Origin: Eledone cirrhosa
Taxonomy: Eukaryota
Direction: 5' to 3'
DNA: 64,000 nt
Assembly (NCBI GenBank): GCA_964016885.1
Contig: OZ024751.1
Location: 26,722,001 to 26,786,000 of the forward strand
Part shown: in pieces, positions 56,505-64,000 of the stretch
Layout: the number at the start of each line of letters is the position of its first letter
How positions within the stretch are numbered: position 1 is the stretch's first letter
Translations under genes and position numbers: made by a program
The notes under the pieces: generated by a model
The model's database searches: none
Told to the model about the DNA's origin: nothing
The model's input: only the letters and a program-made list of their open reading frames with translations

Positions 56505-57780
56505 CATGGGAAAGGCTCATTCTCTGTAAATGACACCCCTACAAAGAACAGGTTGAGAGCTACTGGAGATCTGTATAGGAAACAAATGACGAATTTGACA
56601 AACAAGCTATATGGCTAAGATAAGTGGTAATACTTCCAGCATGTCCAGACAAAACAATATGAAATATCGGCAAGATCTCATATGGCTGTTTAGAGAAACT
56701 ATCAAAGGCACAGAAGACCTGCCTCAATGGTTATCAACTGCCGCTACTCTCCTCCTCCACAGAAATAACGAACCCACCCTTGCTAAAAGTTACCGCCCAA
56801 TAGTCTGCCATAACATCATGTAGAAATTATACACTGGGTACCTTAATCTGTTCTTACAGGATGATGGTGCCACCAACATTATAAAACCTGAGCAAACTGG
56901 TGGAAATAAGGAGGTGTGGGGCTGCATAGATCACCTACTAACAAATAAAATGGTACAGGAAAAAACAGCAAAGAATCGCAGGAACATGACTGTGGTGTGG
57001 CTGGACTATCAAAAGGCCTTTTGATAGTGTACCTCATGGGTGGATTATTAAGGCTTTACAGTTTACAGTTAACCAAAGTCCCACAACCACTAGTAGCTGC
57101 TGTTGAACGCCTGACCAAGAACTGGTACACCAATTTGATCCTTAGGGATGAAAAGGAGCAAATTAAGACTGATACAATACACGACCAGAAAGACATCTTT
57201 CAGGGTGATAGCTTATCAGTGCTGCTCTTCGTCCTCTCACTAAACCCACTACCATACCTGCTTACAAAACAAAGTGGTCATCAGAACTATCAGTATACAA
57301 CAAATACATTGCCCACAATACTTTTGCTGTGTCAATCCTAACACCAACATTTGGCCTGCTGAACTGGTCATTGCAAGAACTAAGTGAGATGGATGGATGA
57401 ACTCGGAAGTTTCTCAGTGTTACTGTAAACTTTAACATCAATGGTGATGTGGATAGGATATACTTCTCACGCAAGGAAGGTGGCCGGGGTCTAAAATCCA
57501 TATTAACATCATACGAGACCCAAATATTAACAGTGAAGCAACATCGTCAAAAGAAGAAAAAAGTCAGCAACCATTTTGCCCAGGTCTATTTGCACGAAGG
57601 AAATAGTATCAATAGGATAGCCACTGATCTAAATCTCTCTCCTAGGGAAGTTGGAAGATCCTATTCAATGCTCGAACAAGATTAAAAAATGGACAAATTT
57701 CATGGAGAAAGTTGTGCATAGGTAGCTGAGATGAAAATCACAGACCATAGAGGGGATAATCGTGATGAGAATCCATTGGG
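56505..57780 (+). mobile_element. R4/Dong-clade reverse transcriptase segment, inverted relative to the adjacent 3' segment, with internal deletion
   Basis: YRPIVCHN..EQTGG..GCIDHLL..WLDYQKAF-DSVPHGW..IFQGDSLSVLLFVLSLNPL..NKYIAHNTFAV..FGLLNW..DRIYFSRKEGGRGL. Confidence 0.88.
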
Positions 57781-57862
57781 TGAAACGCACGTCTGGTTTG
57801 CTAATTTGTTGTGGAACTAACTTTATACCGAACTCGGCCTACGGATACTACCTCCCGATTTT

Positions 57863-57920
<58 letters not shown>

Positions 57921-57924
57921 TATA

Positions 57925-58120
57925 TGTTGGTTGTATACCAACACCTCAGTATGCAGATTGGAGCACTCGACGAAGTGCGCAGGTTGGTTTGGTTACTCCA
58001 GATTAATGTAAAATAAAATAAAATAAATAAGTCAAATGTTTAAAATTTGGCTTCGTTTATTACTGCTATATATATTTCGGTGACAGCCATCTTTAGCTGT
58101 GACCTCTTCAGGAAGTCCGA
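57925..58120 (-). mobile_element. Family delta element with HHR (58063-58115)
   Basis: Minus strand: cttc-CTGAAGA-GGT-c-acagc-taaagatg-gctgt-c-ACC-GAAA-TATATATA|gcag. Confidence 0.75.
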
Positions 58121-58238
58121 ATTAGTGTGGTAGAGACGAGTACATATGTTGTTGAGGTGTATAACTTTGTCAATACTCTGATATGCCCAGTTCCTGGTTG
58201 GGTTGTTGTTTCATTGAGGAACTGGAATCATATTATTT

Positions 58239-58319
<81 letters not shown>

Positions 58320-58322
<3 letters not shown>

Positions 58323-58455
58323 CGAAGGAAATGTGGTAAGGAACCAGGTGGACCATAACGCACCAAAGTACTCAATACTTGAGGTAGTAGAGTGGGTAAT
58401 AGGAACCAGTAAGACCCCGACAGCTGAGCTCAAGCCGTTTCGACGGCTAATTCTG

Positions 58456-58459
<4 letters not shown>
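58320..58459 (-). mobile_element. Family gamma element in (TA)n
   Basis: Reverse complement of 47706-47843. Confidence 0.8.
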
Positions 58460-58504
<45 letters not shown>

Positions 58505-59134
58505 GATATATACAGATATATACATATACACACACACATGCAACCACACACACACACATACACACACACACATCTATATATATATAATCGACATAGTTTA
58601 CCGTCACAGGAATGAAATAAGTAAAAGTAAGTTGACTAATTTGAAGTTAGACAATAGTGAAGCTTGCCTTTAAGTTATTTTATGCCACACCTCTCCAGAT
58701 TCTGTTAGTGACACATTAAATATTGGTAGTCACCAGCTCCACCTATCGGTGAGAAAATCCCACGATTTCATTGTTCCAGTCGTGACGGATCTATTATCAG
58801 TAAAATTGTTTTATTTCTGATTTAAATCGTTCTTGTTTTCCACTTGACTGAACCTGCAGGAGTCCAATGTGGGAAGACCCGAGATGTGACACTTGACTAG
58901 CTTGTGTCACGCTAACTGGCGCTGACAATGGCTGAGAGAGATGGAGGAAGAGGGGAGGGGTAGAAAGAATTTTTAAAATGTGAAAAAAAACGTGAAGGAA
59001 CAATTGAAAGAGAAATGGAAAAGTGAGAAAAAGGTTCAATGAGGAGAGATGAAAGAATTACCTAACACACACACACACTCACTCACACACACACACATAT
59101 ATATATTATATATATACGTATATATATATATATG

Positions 59135-59177
<43 letters not shown>

Positions 59178-59188
59178 TAAAATAACAG

Positions 59189-59284
<96 letters not shown>

Positions 59285-59478
59285 TATTTATATATACATA
59301 TAAATATATATGTATATATCTCTATATCTCTCTCTATATATATAAGTGTGTGGGTGTATGTGTTTGTGTATATGTGTCCGTGTGTGTGTGTGAAGCTAAT
59401 AACACTGTTTTTGCATCTGTGTTTGTCTTGTTATACTTGACCTATCTATCTATATCTCTATTTATACATATATGTGTG

Positions 59479-59556
<78 letters not shown>

Positions 59557-59856
59557 GTTCCATATAAAGATTTACTCAATATAGTGGTCCTTTGTGTGTG
59601 TGTGTGTGTGTGTTTGCTTGCATGTGTACTATACGCATGTACGCATAGATATGTACTATCCACATGTACATATGAATGTGTACTATACGCATGTATGTAT
59701 AAATGTGTGAGCAAACTGCGACAAATGTCAAATATTTTGAGAGTTTGTATATAACATTATTATGTTTACAAACATAGCTCAATACACTTCATTATACACC
59801 AGTTTAAACACAAATGTATATTGATATTCTTACATCTAGTCGCAAGTAGGTATGGT

Positions 59857-59934
<78 letters not shown>

Positions 59935-60629
59935 TATCTATACAAAAATATATATACTTGAAAACACATTAAACCACACCATGTGTATATTTATATGTAT
60001 ACTCGTATGTCAATGTATGCTTATATATATATATATATATATACACATATATGTCAGTATATATATCCTTTTTTCCTACGTCTGATACACACATTTATAG
60101 CTGTATATACATGTATGTTCATATATATGAACATAAATACATACGCACACACACATCACCACACACAAACACACACATGTATGTGAATTATTTTCGATGA
60201 ATTTTAGCAGTATATTTGAATGTTGATGTTTACCCATAATTGAAGTCTTTCTAAGTCTGCACTACTATTTATACTCTAGTTATATAACAATATCCCTCTC
60301 TACCGTGCAACCCCACCTTTAATGTTTAATATACTTTTCTCGCTCTGTTCACCTTTTAAAACCTCGCTTTTACTTTCTTATTTTCCTTCTTTTGGATGTT
60401 TCAAGAAACATTAAATAGATAATTTGAATTATTTAACTCAAATTATCTATTTAATGTTTCTTGTTGAAATGGGGATTTTTGCTTGAGTGACATTTAAATT
60501 ATTGATTATTGATTATTTGATTGATTAATTGGTTGATTCTTATGTACTGGCATTACACTTATCTCCATAGAAACCACTATAATTAAAGATGGAATTTGAA
60601 TAACAACTTTGGTTTTCATTTTGTATTAG

Positions 60630-60820
60630 GGCGGTGGTTTGGCAGTTTCGATAGAGTGCCAGCACCATGCTTTGCAGTTTAGAGTTATGGCCCATTACGT
60701 TCTGAGTTCAAATCCCGCTGAAGTTAGGACTGCCTTTCATCCTTACGAGGTCGAAAAAATAAAGCACCAGTAATGAACTCGGGTACTTGCTGGCCTTGTG
60801 CCAAAAGTAGAAACAATTAT
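60630..60820 (+). mobile_element. SINE family A, full length
   Basis: ggcggtggtttggcag...gagttcaaatccc...agtagaaacaatta. Confidence 0.88.
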
Positions 60821-60867
60821 ACATTTATATATAATTCTCTAAATGGCTACAAAACAAATTTCCAAAT

Positions 60868-61402
60868 ACGGGCGCGAAATTTAATGTACTTGTTCACGTG
60901 ACAGTCATAATTTCATTTATAAACAATCAAATTACATTTATAAAAAGAAGCCTTCGTGAGCCACTCTTTTTTTAAAGTAAAAAGAAATTCAAATACAAAC
61001 TGACGCGAAAGTTGATGTGCTTATTCACGTGACTGCATCAACCAACCCAACTTCACTCATATATGAAAAAACAATCTGAGCCCCCCCCCCCTCATTTGTT
61101 TCTTTTGAAGGCATATATAATAAGAAGTTTGTAACGCGAACTGGCGCGAAATTTATTATACTTATTCACATGACAGTCATCAACCAACCAAATTACTTCT
61201 CTAAAAATCTAGCATTTCGAGTCACTTTTTTCCATATAAAACAGAAGTAACATTCAAAGACCAACCAGAAAAAACCACAAACCCTCCATTTCAATTCTAC
61301 TTTTGAAAAGCAGAAGAACTGCGAAACCGGTAAAGGAACCAAATAAATATATTTAAAAAAAAAAAAGGCTCCAGTTGCATTTTAGATTTCATCTTTTTTC
61401 CT

Positions 61403-61403
<1 letters not shown>
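60868..61403 (+). repeat. Unclassified repeat: three ~135-bp related units plus a segment shared with 33310-33432
   Basis: gcgaaa..cttattcac(g/a)tgac recurs at 60871, 61002 and 61143; 61271-61403 aligns with 33310-33432. Confidence 0.65.
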
Positions 61404-61480
<77 letters not shown>

Positions 61481-61645
61481 ATCATGTTCCCGCCACTGGT
61501 GCAACCAGTCGTTGAGGTACCACTCTAGACATCAGGAGTGGCACCTCAACGACAACGATATGTATATATCTACACCTCTCCGTCAATATATACACATATA
61601 TATTAGTTCCATTAAATTAAATTGAAACCGTGTATAAATATACAC

Positions 61646-61748
<103 letters not shown>

Positions 61749-61751
61749 AGA

Positions 61752-62226
61752 TATGTGTGTGTGTGCGTGTGTGCGTATTTGTGTGTATGTGTATGTGTGT
61801 GTATATGTATGTATATGTATGTATATGTATATCTATGTATATGTGTATCTATGTGTATGTGCATGTGTATATGTATGTATATGTATGTATATGTGTATCT
61901 ATGTATATGTGTATCTATGTGTATGTGCATGTGTATATGTATGTATATGTATGTATATGTATATGTATGTATGTGTGTATCTATGTGTATGTGCATGTGT
62001 ATATGTATGTATATATGTATGTATATATGTATATGTATGTATATGTGTATCTATGTGTATGTGTATCTATGTGTATGTGTGTGTATGTGTATGTATATGT
62101 ATATGTGTATCTATGTGTATGTGTGTATATGTATATGTATGTATATGTGTATCTATGTGTATGTGCATGTGTATATGTATGTGTATATGTATGTATATAT
62201 GTATGTGTCTATATATATGTATATGT
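61752..62226. repeat. Degenerate (TATG/TG)n tract with internal higher-order duplications
   Basis: Directly visible. Confidence 0.93.
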
Positions 62227-62372
62227 AAGTCAATAGATGCATGCGTCCATTACATGGTTTAGATTACAAAGGAGTAAACATCTTGTTTACAGTCCGAATA
62301 TTTCCACTTAATCCAAACACCTGTCTACACTACACTTCTACACCTGATATATATATATATATATATACATAT

Positions 62373-62462
<90 letters not shown>

Positions 62463-62477
62463 GTATATGTATAAATG

Positions 62478-62511
<34 letters not shown>

Positions 62512-62773
62512 TATATACATACATATGTACATATACATACATATCAGACTTCAAATGAGAAATTCTCGACTGATTACATACTCTACCAACAACTCCACAC
62601 CCAGACGTCACCAGTACATGGCCGCTTGACGTGCTAGAAATACCAGTCAAATATCCCAACTTACATTGTTAATATAACTCCTAATATGTGTGCTATATCT
62701 TTGATCTTAGGTTTACTCAATGTGAAATGATCTGTAGGTTCACATCAACACCAGCCCCTGGGGCACTCTCTAT

Positions 62774-63260
62774 CTTCTTCTTCTTCTTCTTCTTCTTCTT
62801 CTTCTTCTTCTTCTTCTTCTTCTTCTTCTTCTTCTTCTTCTTCTTCTTCTTCTTCTTCTTCTTCTTCGAAGCAACCGTCTCCAACTGATCCGGCTGGATC
62901 TCCAAGTAAGACCAGCCAAGCTCATGGATGTTATCCAACCATCTTGCTCGGGGTCTACTCCCTTGGTCTCTTGTCGGTTGGTTTTGTCCATAAAATCTAT
63001 CCAGCGATTCTTTCCTGAGATATTATAACCACAGATCGATAGTATCGGAGCTGTGATCTCTCAATTCGGAGTAGTAGCATCTCTACCTGAAGTGACTCTC
63101 TCATCTCCGAGTTAGACACTCTATCGAGTAATGTTGCTCCAAAGATCGTATTCTTTCGGTGATTACCCAAGATTCATGACCATAGTTAAGGATTGGCACG
63201 AAAACCGAATTGAAGACTGTAAGTTTGAATTTTACGCCTACTCCTTTCTTGTATGTGCTT
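62774..63260 (-). mobile_element. RTE-like LINE 3' end with (GAA)n tail, decayed
   Basis: KLTVFNSVFVPILNYGHESW..LLLRIERSQLRY..KRPR, followed by a long (GAA)n run at 62774-62867. Confidence 0.75.
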
Positions 63261-63504
63261 GATCTGCTAACACAAGCAGTCAACTAATGTACTATCATAC
63301 AAATAGGGAGAACACGTTAGAGCATTTACTTGTTACCACCTAGATGAAAGGGTGGTCAAAACTGGATTGTCGCAAACCATATTTACCCTCGTACAGGGTA
63401 GGCCTGGGACTAAATTACAGCAATGTAGCCTCTACATGGCCGCAGGGCCAGGAGAGAAATAGAGAAAGACGGGAGCTGTTGTCACGTTGAAGCAAGGAAT
63501 CATG

Positions 63505-63540
<36 letters not shown>

Positions 63541-63563
63541 CCACACACACACACACACACACG

Positions 63564-63613
<50 letters not shown>

Positions 63614-63661
63614 AATAGATACAGACATAGATACAAAATATGTAACAAAGACAGAAACTGA

Positions 63662-63719
<58 letters not shown>

Positions 63720-63921
63720 GTATATGAGTATAAGTATGTATGTTTGTATATATATGTATGTATGTATAAATATATGCATGTATTTACGTATGTAGGTATG
63801 TATACATGAGTGGATGTGTCTATGTATTTATATATGTATTTATTAATGCACACACATACACACACATACACACACATACACACACACGCACATACACACA
63901 CACATATACACACACGCACAT

Positions 63922-63955
<34 letters not shown>

Positions 63956-63968
63956 GTTTATATATATA

Positions 63969-64000
<32 letters not shown>

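Overview
Eukaryotic, very AT-rich and microsatellite-saturated non-coding DNA. The tRNA-derived SINEs look like octopod cephalopod families (from my recall of those families, not a database result). Almost every ORF in the supplied track is an artefact of (TA)n, (CA)n, (TATG)n or (GGT)n repeats. Real content: (i) about 17 SINE copies in two families; (ii) a decayed Penelope-like element (PLE) of Naiad type with RT C-terminus and GIY-YIG endonuclease at 29.9-31.3 kb, plus a truncated sibling at 1.1-1.6 kb; (iii) three R4/Dong-clade (restriction-like endonuclease) LINE 3' ends sitting in (CATA)n, one with an inverted RT segment; (iv) RTE-like LINE fragments, a Tigger-like MITE and several minisatellites; (v) three phase-compatible 46-52 nt minus-strand candidate exons. 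The most striking signal is a dense set of type-I hammerhead ribozyme (HHR) motifs: more than a dozen intact, degenerate or half motifs from several sequence-unrelated short non-coding families. Most sit in (TA)n tracts, many are folded back into long palindromes, and several share a downstream TGAGTRC motif. This suggests a set of HHR-bearing non-autonomous PLE or retrozyme-like elements. All structures were read by eye; none was computed or tested.
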